From positions 9,510-73,509 of the forward strand of contig PFUL01000054.1 in NCBI GenBank assembly GCA_002790095.1: DNA of 64,000 nucleotides, read 5' to 3'. A program made the position numbers and the translations under genes. Positions 45,456 through 53,632 of this stretch are shown piece after piece (position 1 is the first letter of the stretch; each line of letters starts with the position of its first letter). This DNA is from Elusimicrobia bacterium CG_4_9_14_3_um_filter_62_55. GTDB lineage: Bacteria > Elusimicrobiota > Elusimicrobia > UBA1565. The notes below the pieces were generated by a model. The model did not search any database, was not told where the DNA came from, and was given only the letters and a program-made list of their open reading frames with translations.

Positions 45456-45663
45456 CTCCCCGCTCCATGTTCCTGTAGTTTTAACGACGGCTTGCCCCAA
45501 CGGCGCGGACGCCCCGTGGGGGCGTCCGTCATCGGCGCGCAAGCGCGCCGAGGGGAAATTCGAGAGTTACCCTCGGCGGAAAGGATTGCACGCCCTGAGG
45601 CGCCAGACGACGCGCTCCCGCACATCACGCGCGTGCATGCCGCAACGGAAATTTCAATCGGGA

Positions 45664-45687
45664 GCAACTGTCCCCGGGGACAGTTGC
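45664..45687. repeat. 24-bp perfect palindrome GCAACTGTCCCCGGGGACAGTTGC (copy 1)
   Basis: Read directly. Shares the 20-nt core AACTGTCCCCGGGGACAGTT with the copy at 46903-46926. Lies 130 nt downstream of the HNH gene stop. Confidence 0.75.
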
Positions 45688-45818
45688 CGGCTCGTTCGAG
45701 CATCGCGTGCGAAGCGCGAAATCAGACGCCGTTGATCAGGTAAAACTACGAAACATGGTGGATCCCCGCCCTTGCAGCCAACGACGGAATGCGCCATTGC
45801 CGAGTTTGCGCAGGCCCG

Positions 45819-46868
45819 CTATTGAGGCTCACGCCGCCGCCTGGCGCGATCCCCGAAGCGCCTAATGGCCGCTCCCTGGTTGTGCGCACGACACAACAGC
45901 CGGATGTTCTCGACGGCATCGGAACGGCCGCCTACCGCCCAAGGGACGATGTGATCGAATTCCAATCCGCCGCGGGCCGAGCAGCGCTGTCCCGACTTGG
46001 AAACAAACGAGCAACGGCCATCGTCCCGCTTCCAAACCGCGCTCCGTACGGATTGCGGAACGCGACGCGAGTGATCCGAGAGGCCCGCGCGCGGCTTGCG
46101 GGCAAAAGTTTCCTTGCGCCGATCCGGATCCTTCCGTTCGAGATAGAACTCTGCCGCCGCATCGATAACGTCCTCCAATTTTCCCGCAGGATGTTTGTGG
46201 CGAAGAAGCTCCTTCAGCCGTTGGATTTTCACCCTCAACGGTTCGCCGCCGGTGAAGCCAAAGTGAACCCGCTCCGGCGAGATCGGCCGGATGGAGTCCG
46301 TTTCGATCCGCGTTGGCGAAACCATGATCGGCGGATGCGGCACGCGGGCGTCCGGCTCGCTTGAGCGTTCGTTTTCCGGCGAAGAGTCGGAAGCCGCAGG
46401 CGACTCACCCGGCTGACTCTCAGGGAGCGGAATGCGCTGAATGTGATCTCGCAGATCCGGCCGAGGCGACAGCGACGCGGCCAGATGTTCCAGTTCCCGT
46501 TTTGATTTTCCCTCGGCCTCCGAAAGCATGTCGCCATAATTATCGGCGGTCAGATGCGGCCGAAGGATCACGAGCGCGGTCAGGTGTATCCTTCCGTTCG
46601 CAAGCGCTTCCAGCAGCGCAGGAAATTCAGCCGCGGCCCGGGCCGCTTGGATGCGCTTGTACGCGGAACCCTCGGAATATCCGAGTTTCTTAGTGCAGAA
46701 TTCGAACAGTGATGAGTAACCTTCATCCTCATGAAGCCTGCGTTGGCTGATTTCGATTAGATGCGCGATCGATAAGGCGGCAAAGCCGCGTTCGCATCGA
46801 ACCGCTCTCTCAAGCCCGTCCATCAGATCTGCATCGGTTAATCGGCGGCAGGCCTCGATCAACTTCAT
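45819..46868 (-). CDS. DUF222 + HNH endonuclease (13E12-repeat-type HNH protein)
   Basis: N-terminal DUF222-like helical region. C-terminal HNH: CSFVSKSGQRCSARGGLEFDHIVPWAVGGRSDAVENIRLLCRAHN (Cx2C...H...N, CxxH). Confidence 0.85.
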   Translation of the reverse strand: MKLIEACRRLTDADLMDGLERAVRCERGFAALSIAHLIEISQRRLHEDEGYSSLFEFCTKKLGYSEGSAYKRIQAARAAAEFPALLEALANGRIHLTALVILRPHLTADNYGDMLSEAEGKSKRELEHLAASLSPRPDLRDHIQRIPLPESQPGESPAASDSSPENERSSEPDARVPHPPIMVSPTRIETDSIRPISPERVHFGFTGGEPLRVKIQRLKELLRHKHPAGKLEDVIDAAAEFYLERKDPDRRKETFARKPRAGLSDHSRRVPQSVRSAVWKRDDGRCSFVSKSGQRCSARGGLEFDHIVPWAVGGRSDAVENIRLLCRAHNQGAAIRRFGDRARRRREPQ

Positions 46869-46902
46869 GCCCTCATGTACGAACGAGGATCAAAATAGTT
46901 CC

Positions 46903-46926
46903 CGAACTGTCCCCGGGGACAGTTCG
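46903..46926. repeat. 24-bp perfect palindrome CGAACTGTCCCCGGGGACAGTTCG (copy 2)
   Basis: Read directly. 35 nt upstream of the HNH gene start. Same 20-nt core as copy 1. Confidence 0.75.
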
Positions 46927-47050
46927 ATTGGGAAAAAACAGCGCCGGCCCGGGAGGGCCGCTTCCGTTTCTCTTTTCGTTCGAGCTCGGAGATTTGCGAA
47001 GCAAATCTTCGAGCCACGCGCCCGAAGCGCGTAAATTTCGCCGTTAGCCG

Positions 47051-47383
47051 CTACCGATCGTCGGGCAATTCGGAGGCTACGACCCGCCGCACCGCGCGGC
47101 CGACGGCCACGCGTTGTTCGGTGCGGCGGAAGGAGACTCCGGCGACCGTGTAACCGTCTTCGTCGAGCGAGGGATCGCTTATGAGCGCTTCGACGCCGGA
47201 AAACGGATCGCCGAACACGTCGAAATCGAGCAATAGCAGCCCCCCGACGGGAATGGGCGCCCGAAGAATCAGGCGCGCACCGTCGGGATTCAACGAAAGC
47301 AGACGTCCCCAGGTTTCCGCGCGGGACGGATCATCGGCGAAGCGCACGAGCACCGGCACGAAGCGCGAGGCGTCGACTCTCAC
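47051..47383 (-). CDS. PilZ-like domain protein (tentative)
   Basis: 110 aa. RxxxR-like N-terminus (MRVDASRFVPVLVRF) and a downstream D/GG-containing beta segment resemble PilZ, but the motif match is loose. 4-nt overlap with the upstream gene. Confidence 0.35.
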   Translation of the reverse strand: MRVDASRFVPVLVRFADDPSRAETWGRLLSLNPDGARLILRAPIPVGGLLLLDFDVFGDPFSGVEALISDPSLDEDGYTVAGVSFRRTEQRVAVGRAVRRVVASELPDDR

Positions 47384-48567
47384 GGCGTGAGGATCGCGCG
47401 CAAATGTTCCGGCGGAATCTCGTGAATAAACACGCGGCCGAGGCCCTCGCCGCGGGGAAGTTCCTCGGCGGTGCTCACGAAACGGGAACCGTCGAACGCG
47501 AGTCCGGTGGGCTTCCAGCGTCCGCCGCGGTACGCGTCGAGCGGCAGGCGCATCGTCACCCGATTGGGATTTTTAAAGTCATGGCGCAGCAGTTCCCGGT
47601 TCGTCCAATCGAGCGACCACAAAGCGCGGCCGTCGAAGGTGAGGGCGGTCGGTACGCCGCCCGGATACGGATAGCTTTCGATCACCGACAAACCTTCGTC
47701 CGGAATCCGTTTGTGAATCTTCTTTGTCTTCGTATCGACGGACCACAGATAGAGGCCGTCGTACGCAAGTCCGACGGTCTGCGGCGCGGCATCGCGCGAC
47801 CACGAAAGAACGCTCAGGCGATCATCGAGCAAATGCTTGACGATTCCGCGAGGCGCGGCGGCCGCATACAGCGCGTCGCCCGCGTAGGCGAGCGCCCCGG
47901 GCACCTCTTGAGGGAGATAGCGCGTGCGCAGAACCGCGAAGGTGTTCGGGTCGTGACGGTGAATCGTCTGGGAAAACCAGTCGCTGATCCAGTACCGCTT
48001 TCCGTCATAGGCCAAGCCGGCGGGATGCGCGTACGGCAGCGCGAATTCGGATGGAGGGACAGGGACCTCGGATTCCCGGGCGAGACGCCGGTGTCTCTCG
48101 AGCGCGCCCCAACCTGCGGCCATCGCCACGAGCAGCAGGCCCAGCGCGGCATACGCTCCGACTCCGATCTTCTTCTCGATGGGACGCGAGGCTTCGAACG
48201 CGGTTCCCTTAAAGCGCAGGGCCTTGGAAACGGTCGCGGCCATGTGCTCCGCGGTCCACGGCGGAGCGACGACCTCGTAGGCGCCCGCTTTCAACAGGTC
48301 CAACGCTCGCGCGGCCTTGCGCTCGGTCATCGCGACGATCACGGGAAGCAGCGGAGCCTCCCGTTCGAGTTCGGCAAGAGCCGATTCGGCGACGGTTTCG
48401 GAAGGCGCCTGAGCGACGATCATCAAGCGCGGACGCTGGCGGGAAACAATCTCCATCGCCCCGGAAAGATCCTTCGCCGCCGCGACCAAGTGCCCGAGTT
48501 CCTCGAGCGCAAGCTTCAACGTGAGGCGCTGCTCCTCATCTTTGGCGACGACGGCGAGAACGGCCAT
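47380..48567 (-). CDS. pseudo-receiver domain + TM + beta-propeller (hWhxD repeats) protein
   Basis: N-terminal REC-like fold lacking the phospho-Asp (LMIVAQAPS). TM helix (GVGAYAALGLLLVAMAAGW). Blades RYWISDW, LYLWSVD, ALWSLDW, the same blade motif as in 24799..26121. Confidence 0.6.
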   Translation of the reverse strand: MAVLAVVAKDEEQRLTLKLALEELGHLVAAAKDLSGAMEIVSRQRPRLMIVAQAPSETVAESALAELEREAPLLPVIVAMTERKAARALDLLKAGAYEVVAPPWTAEHMAATVSKALRFKGTAFEASRPIEKKIGVGAYAALGLLLVAMAAGWGALERHRRLARESEVPVPPSEFALPYAHPAGLAYDGKRYWISDWFSQTIHRHDPNTFAVLRTRYLPQEVPGALAYAGDALYAAAAPRGIVKHLLDDRLSVLSWSRDAAPQTVGLAYDGLYLWSVDTKTKKIHKRIPDEGLSVIESYPYPGGVPTALTFDGRALWSLDWTNRELLRHDFKNPNRVTMRLPLDAYRGGRWKPTGLAFDGSRFVSTAEELPRGEGLGRVFIHEIPPEHLRAILTP

Positions 48568-50057
48568 CAGCGCCGCTCCGGACTCGGAATCAGCAGCGTT
48601 TTCCCTTCGATCGGGAGACCTCGCTCAATGCGGTCCGGATTCGCTTCGTAAATCGCTTCCCAGAGAGCCGCATTCCCGTAGTAGGTCTCCGCCAATTTAC
48701 GCAGAGTATCGCCCGGCCGGACACGATGCCGCTTGGGAAAACCCGAACGGGACCGACGCGGGGCGCGCTTCGTCGCCGGAGCGGCGGCCTGCGGCGGCGC
48801 CGACGATTCGACTTCCCCTGCGTCCCCGCCCGCGGGCCTCCCCGAACCCGTCGTTTCGGAATCGATCCCCGCCGGAAGACCCGAACCGGAGGATCCGGGG
48901 GCCGGCGACAAAGGATCGGCCGGTCCGGGATGATCGCGGTCGTAGCGGCGACGCTGGAGTTCGTACTCGAGATCGCGGCTTTGCTGCTGCAGCTCCCGCA
49001 GACGCTCTTCTTCGGCTTGGACCTGACCCTCAAGACTGGTTTTGTCCGCTTCCGCCGCGTCACGGCGGCTGCGCATGTCCCTCGACTCGCGGTCGAGTTC
49101 TCCGATCTCTGAACGCAGTTGCTCCGCGCGGCGGGCGGCCTGCCCGACGAAGCGGCCGTAAAACGCGGGGGCGCCGAATTTCCAGGTCGTGGAAAACTGG
49201 AAACCGCCGCCGTTTCGATTGACGCCGTTGGACGGGATCGTCATGGCGAAATCGAGAATCAGCGGCGAGAAATTGATCCCCGCTCCGATCGCGATCGCGT
49301 CTTCCCCGTTGAGCGAAAGCCCTTTACCCAGTCTCAGCTTCAGCAGGCGCTGGTAGAAATCCGCTTCAAGACCCGGAAACACCTGGGTCAGCCCCGGACG
49401 GATGCGGATATCGGTCGCGAGGTTGACGCGACTCCTCCAACGGTAAGAAGCCCCCACGTTCAACGACGGATTCTGCACCGGGAGACTCGCGGTGAGATCG
49501 GTGACCGAAATCCCGAGCGTCGTATTCCATCCGGGTTCTATCTGCGCGCCGAGATCGAGACCGGGAGCGGCCTTATTCTTCGCCGCCGCGGGATTGACGA
49601 CGACGACCTTGAAATTTCCCCCCAGCCGGACCGGCTTCGGGATGTAGTACTTCTGGAGATTGACGGTATCCGAGAAATGAAACAGCAATTCGCTTTTTTC
49701 TCCGCCGTTGAACCTTCCGGGGTCGAGCCGCTGCTTGATGTCCAGAAACCCCATTCCCACCGTCGCTCCGGGGAGAATCGGGAGCGGCCGCGAGTAGGCG
49801 GCCGTTACCATCGACAACATGCCGACCGGGGAAATCAACCGACCGACGCTCGCGGTCGCCTGGGTGAAAGGAGCGCCTGCCAAGCCCGCCGGATTAAAGA
49901 ACATCCCGTAGAGGTCGCTGGAATCGGCCGTGTACGCGTATCCCATCCCCATCGGACGCGCACCGGGAAGGACGTCATTGAAATTCGCCGCCTCGGCGAA
50001 CGCCGGAGCGAAGGCTAAAGAAAAAGCCAAAGATATTCGAATAAAACCGCTTCGCAC
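48567..50057 (-). CDS. FadL/PorV-like outer-membrane domain + coiled coil + C-terminal LysM protein
   Basis: Signal peptide, then GMGYAYTADSSDLYGMFFNPAGLA (FadL-family hatch-like NPAGLA). Central ERLRELQQQSRDLEYELQ coiled coil. C-terminal LysM (HRVRPGDTLRKLAETYYGNAALWEAIYEANP...GKTLLIP). Confidence 0.6.
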   Translation of the reverse strand: MRSGFIRISLAFSLAFAPAFAEAANFNDVLPGARPMGMGYAYTADSSDLYGMFFNPAGLAGAPFTQATASVGRLISPVGMLSMVTAAYSRPLPILPGATVGMGFLDIKQRLDPGRFNGGEKSELLFHFSDTVNLQKYYIPKPVRLGGNFKVVVVNPAAAKNKAAPGLDLGAQIEPGWNTTLGISVTDLTASLPVQNPSLNVGASYRWRSRVNLATDIRIRPGLTQVFPGLEADFYQRLLKLRLGKGLSLNGEDAIAIGAGINFSPLILDFAMTIPSNGVNRNGGGFQFSTTWKFGAPAFYGRFVGQAARRAEQLRSEIGELDRESRDMRSRRDAAEADKTSLEGQVQAEEERLRELQQQSRDLEYELQRRRYDRDHPGPADPLSPAPGSSGSGLPAGIDSETTGSGRPAGGDAGEVESSAPPQAAAPATKRAPRRSRSGFPKRHRVRPGDTLRKLAETYYGNAALWEAIYEANPDRIERGLPIEGKTLLIPSPERR

Positions 50058-50137
50058 GCCCCGGAATTATAACACAAATGCTCCACGGGACCGCGCTTGA
50101 CAGTCTTCCGGGCTGCGGCCATACTTGGAGCATCGCG

Positions 50138-50971
50138 ATGGGTATTGTTCGACGACCGAAGAGCGCTGCGGGGCAGATTTTCCTGCTGGCCGTTATTTTC
50201 GCCGACATCGGCCTGATGATTTGGGGCTGGCATCTTTACCAAAAGAAGCAGCAGGAAAAACTCGACGCAAGCGGGTTCGATTTAGCGCAAACGCCGGATG
50301 CGGGCCGCAAGCCGTTCGCCGCGATGCCCGACCCGGTGAAGGTCGACGACCTCGAAGCGTCGATGCGCCTGGTCATTAAGGAATCGCGGGATCTCCCCGC
50401 CTTGGGTCAGGGGCGCGGCGGAGCCCCGCCGACGCAGACCGGGGCGAGTGAAGGTTCGAAAACGCATGCGCCGCCCCCTGCGGCACGCCCCCCGTCGAAC
50501 CGGTCGATGCGCTCCGCCTCCGCAGAAGAACGCCGGAAGGTTCGCAAGGCGAAGGGTTTTTACTACAACCTCAAAAACGATCCGCGGTTTAAAAACTCCA
50601 AGGTCCTCCAGGACTGGAAGCAGGAGTTTCTCTCTCACAAGGACCTGCGAGCGATCAACGCCGCGTACCAGAAAGACCGGGACGCGATCAAATTCATGGT
50701 CAAGATGGCGGGCTCCGACAGCTTCCGGGGAATGTTCGGCAAGTATATGCTCAAACAGGAAATGCGCGACTTCGTCCAGGAAATGGCGGGCTCCGCCGTG
50801 GTCGCGGCCGCCGCCGACACCTTCCTCGCCGACTCGAATATGGGGGCGCTCGCCAAGCACCTCGGGTTTGCGAAGGACCGAATGGAAGGGAAGAATCCGG
50901 ATGAAAACGGACCAAGCGCCCTCAAAGGTCTTCGGGAGAACGAAGACTATCGGAACGCGCTCGATCGCTAG
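50138..50971 (+). CDS. membrane-anchored hypothetical protein (paralog A)
   Basis: Start at Met 50138 (MGIVRRPKSAAGQIFLLAVIFADIGLMIWGW TM). C-terminal block WKQEFLSHKDLRAINAAYQKDRDAIKFMVKMAGSDSFRGMF aligns with paralog B. Confidence 0.5.
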   Translation: MGIVRRPKSAAGQIFLLAVIFADIGLMIWGWHLYQKKQQEKLDASGFDLAQTPDAGRKPFAAMPDPVKVDDLEASMRLVIKESRDLPALGQGRGGAPPTQTGASEGSKTHAPPPAARPPSNRSMRSASAEERRKVRKAKGFYYNLKNDPRFKNSKVLQDWKQEFLSHKDLRAINAAYQKDRDAIKFMVKMAGSDSFRGMFGKYMLKQEMRDFVQEMAGSAVVAAAADTFLADSNMGALAKHLGFAKDRMEGKNPDENGPSALKGLRENEDYRNALDR

Positions 50972-50987
50972 AGCGTTTAAACCGCGC

Positions 50988-51128
50988 CTAACTGCCGCCG
51001 CCGTAGTCCTGCGGCGTCGGCATCTGGGCCGGAGCCTCGTCTTTCTTGTCCTTATCCCCATTGTCGCAGGCGGTCATCACCGCGCCGCCGAACAGAAGAA
51101 CGAAGAGAGGCAACACAAGCTTTTTCAT
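50988..51128 (-). CDS. small lipoprotein (46 aa)
   Basis: MKKLVLPLFVLLFGGAVMTAC with lipobox-like MTAC, then a Lys/Asp-rich tail. The longer ORF-track version (to 51500) has an implausible Gly/Pro-rich extension. Confidence 0.35.
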   Translation of the reverse strand: MKKLVLPLFVLLFGGAVMTACDNGDKDKKDEAPAQMPTPQDYGGGS

Positions 51129-51213
51129 CGTTCCCGGAGTGTAAGCTCCAGCCCTCTTTCCGTCAAGGGTCCGATCTTGACGGAATTTTGAGACCCGGTC
51201 ATAATCAGGGGGC

Positions 51214-52203
51214 ATGGATAAGAAAACGGCCGCGGCGGCCGTCCTGACCGTGCTCTTTTTCGGCGGCATGACCGCCGGATCGGTGTTCCTTTTTCTCAAA
51301 CCCAGCGGGGAAAGCGCGGTAAAGGCGCCGACGTCCGGAATGTTCCCCGCCTCCCGGACCGGCTCCGAACCCGCCGCGGCGCCCTCCATCCCTTCCGCCA
51401 AAATTCCCCCGCCTGCCGATTGGGGAGGCCCGGCCGTCGCCCCTCCCCCGGTCCAAGGCGTCGCACCGAGAAAAAGCGGCGGCGGGTCTTTGGGCTTCAT
51501 TAGGAAGGACGAGAGCTTCTTGGCGGAAGAAAGCGCGGAGAAAGATGCGCGGGAAGCGGCGACGAAAGGAGACGCGAAGGCACTGGTCGAGGGTTTGCGT
51601 CAGTCCCGTGACAAGGAAACGGGGAGCCTCTCCGACGACGCGATCCGCGCCGTGATGCAGAAGGTCGTCGACAGCGTCAAAGCGAGGCAACCGCTTTGGT
51701 ACAAACAATTTCTCGGAAATCGCGGACTGAAGGCCATCGCGGACCGCTACGACAAGGACAAGGATTTTGAGAGCTTCGTGAGACTGCTCGCGAAGAACAC
51801 GCAGTTCAAGTCCATGCTCAAGCTCAAAAGTAAGAAACCTGCCCTGCGGGAATTAACCTGGTCTTTGCTCGGAGACGACTCCGTCGGCCCCACGCTGAAG
51901 CGCATCCTCCTCGAAAAGCGGGATAATCCGGCCCTCATCGGACTTCTGAAAAGCTACGGAGCCGGAGCCGGAGTCCCCCCGGACATCCTTGAAGAGGCGG
52001 GCATCGCGACGCAGAAGTCGGCGAGACGAGGCGCGCGGAGCGCTCCGCGTGCAAAGCCCAGGCTGCAAAAGCGCGGTTTCGACGGGTTTCGAAGCGGCGC
52101 GACGGACGACGCGTCGGCCGGCGATTCCAAACCGTCCCAGGCGCTGCCGCCGGGCGTGGATCCGGCGATGCTCGAACACTACAAGAAGTACATGAAGAAG
52201 TAA
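51214..52203 (+). CDS. membrane-anchored hypothetical protein (paralog B)
   Basis: N-terminal TM (AAAAVLTVLFFGGMTAGSVFLFL). YKQFLGNRGLKAIADRYDKDKDFESFVRLLAKNTQFKSMLKL parallels paralog A. Confidence 0.55.
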   Translation: MDKKTAAAAVLTVLFFGGMTAGSVFLFLKPSGESAVKAPTSGMFPASRTGSEPAAAPSIPSAKIPPPADWGGPAVAPPPVQGVAPRKSGGGSLGFIRKDESFLAEESAEKDAREAATKGDAKALVEGLRQSRDKETGSLSDDAIRAVMQKVVDSVKARQPLWYKQFLGNRGLKAIADRYDKDKDFESFVRLLAKNTQFKSMLKLKSKKPALRELTWSLLGDDSVGPTLKRILLEKRDNPALIGLLKSYGAGAGVPPDILEEAGIATQKSARRGARSAPRAKPRLQKRGFDGFRSGATDDASAGDSKPSQALPPGVDPAMLEHYKKYMKK

Positions 52204-52207
52204 GGGG

Positions 52208-53119
52208 CTATTCGCCCAAGACGTCGGCCATGCGCCGCGCGGCGTACGCCGGCATCCACAACAGATGGAGAATCGCGGTGTAGTGACCGCCCGGAACCCA
52301 ACGCTGGACCGAGTCCGGAAAGGCCTCTTTCAGCTTGCGGCCGTTCTCCGGCGGGATCACCCGATCGGAACTCGCGTTGATGAGCATGACGGACTTTCCG
52401 GCGTTCTTCTCGCGATACTCCAGCGGGTCGAGTCCCTCCCAAGCCGTCTTCAGATCCGCGCGCGATATTCCCGCCATTTTCATGAACGCGGCCGTCATCG
52501 TGCTGCGGTGCACCAAATCAATCATGTCGGCGCCCCCCAGAAGGAAGACCGCGCCGGACGGACGGGGATCCACCGAGTAGAGCGACGACCCCACGAGCGC
52601 ACCGAGACTGATCCCGAACACGCCCACCCGGGAACCGTCGAGGAGTTCCGAGCCTTCCAAAACATCCAGGGCGCGCCCGGCATCGGCCCGGGACTGCCGG
52701 AAGTTTTTCCCGAGACGCGACGCGCTGCGCGCAAGGAATACGGCCCCGCTCGGGATCGTAGGATTCGGACGCCGATGGAATTGGTAGGGCATCTCCAGCC
52801 ACAACACCGCCAGTCCGCGCCGCAAAAAGGCGTGAACGAAGCGCATTTCGATCCAGGCGTTGGGCGCCGCCATAATGGGGAGGATGAGCACCGCGGGGGG
52901 ACGCGCCCGGGAGGCGACCCGGTCTCGCGGCACATAGAGATGCCCCCAAACCGTGTCGTTCACCGGAAAGGGACTCCGCTCAGGGGACGGGAACCGAATT
53001 TCGTAGAGGCGATACCGATAGGTTTCCGCTTCGAAACGGATCTCCGTCTCAAAGCCCCTCGCGGCCGACGCCGCGAGGGAAATTAAGAGAATCGCCGGGA
53101 AAAATCGAGGATTTGACAC
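52208..53119 (-). CDS. alpha/beta-hydrolase fold protein (dienelactone hydrolase/peptidase S9-like)
   Basis: Signal peptide. Nucleophile elbow GISLGA (GxSxG). Downstream Asp/His candidates. Confidence 0.7.
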   Translation of the reverse strand: MSNPRFFPAILLISLAASAARGFETEIRFEAETYRYRLYEIRFPSPERSPFPVNDTVWGHLYVPRDRVASRARPPAVLILPIMAAPNAWIEMRFVHAFLRRGLAVLWLEMPYQFHRRPNPTIPSGAVFLARSASRLGKNFRQSRADAGRALDVLEGSELLDGSRVGVFGISLGALVGSSLYSVDPRPSGAVFLLGGADMIDLVHRSTMTAAFMKMAGISRADLKTAWEGLDPLEYREKNAGKSVMLINASSDRVIPPENGRKLKEAFPDSVQRWVPGGHYTAILHLLWMPAYAARRMADVLGE

Positions 53120-53230
53120 TTTTTAAGAAATCTTCTAGAATCCGAAGTATCACGTAATGGGAGTGTAGCAGTTTTCCCGATTGCGTCGGAATTTCAGCCG
53201 TTATTCTTCCGGAGGGGGAAGTACAGCAAC

Positions 53231-53545
53231 ATGGCACATGTGATTAATGAGAAGTGTCTGGGTGAAGTCTACGCGGCCTGCGTCGACGTCTGCCCGGTGG
53301 ACTGCATTCATCCCGGCAAGTACAAAGATGCGAACTTCATGGTCATCGACCCCGAAGTCTGCATCGACTGCGGCGTCTGCCTCCCGGAGTGTCCGATCGG
53401 AGCGATCGTCGGCTCCACCGACGAGGATGAGACCTACGCGGGGATCAACGCCGAGCTCGCGCCGACCTTCAAGGACAACGAAAAGGTCACCCCGCGGCCG
53501 CCGAACGATCCGCCGAAAAAGCCCGGGAACACGCTCGTAAAGTAA
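53231..53545 (+). CDS. fdxA: 7Fe ferredoxin ([3Fe-4S][4Fe-4S], FdxA type)
   Basis: CxxAxxxCP and CxxCxxCxxxCP motifs (CLGEVYAACVDVCPVDC, CIDCGVCLPECP). GGAGGGGGAAG Shine-Dalgarno. AT-richer upstream region. Confidence 0.9.
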   Translation: MAHVINEKCLGEVYAACVDVCPVDCIHPGKYKDANFMVIDPEVCIDCGVCLPECPIGAIVGSTDEDETYAGINAELAPTFKDNEKVTPRPPNDPPKKPGNTLVK

Positions 53546-53570
53546 GAGGTCGGTCTGGGTATATTTCCAA

Positions 53571-53605
53571 GGGCCAGGCACCCCGCGGCGCGCGGTGCCT
53601 GGCCC
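53571..53605 (+). terminator. GC-rich hairpin (GGGCCAGGCACC-N11-GGTGCCTGGCCC), possible terminator of fdxA
   Basis: 12-bp stem read directly. Weak T tract (TCTTAGTT), so intrinsic termination is uncertain. Confidence 0.4.
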
Positions 53606-53632
53606 TCTTAGTTCCGCGGCGATGGACACGTC

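Noticed and set aside
46990-47020. Hairpin AGATTTGC-GAA-GCAAATCT downstream of the PilZ-like gene as an intrinsic terminator
   Set aside because: 8-bp AT-rich stem with no flanking T/A run on either strand, so insufficient for a rho-independent terminator call. Kept only as a note.
50988-51500. Full 170-aa version of the minus-strand ORF between the two paralogous plus-strand genes
   Set aside because: The N-terminal 120 residues are Gly/Pro/Ala-rich and overlap paralog B's 5' region. Only the C-terminal 46-aa lipoprotein-like segment with its own ATG is plausible.
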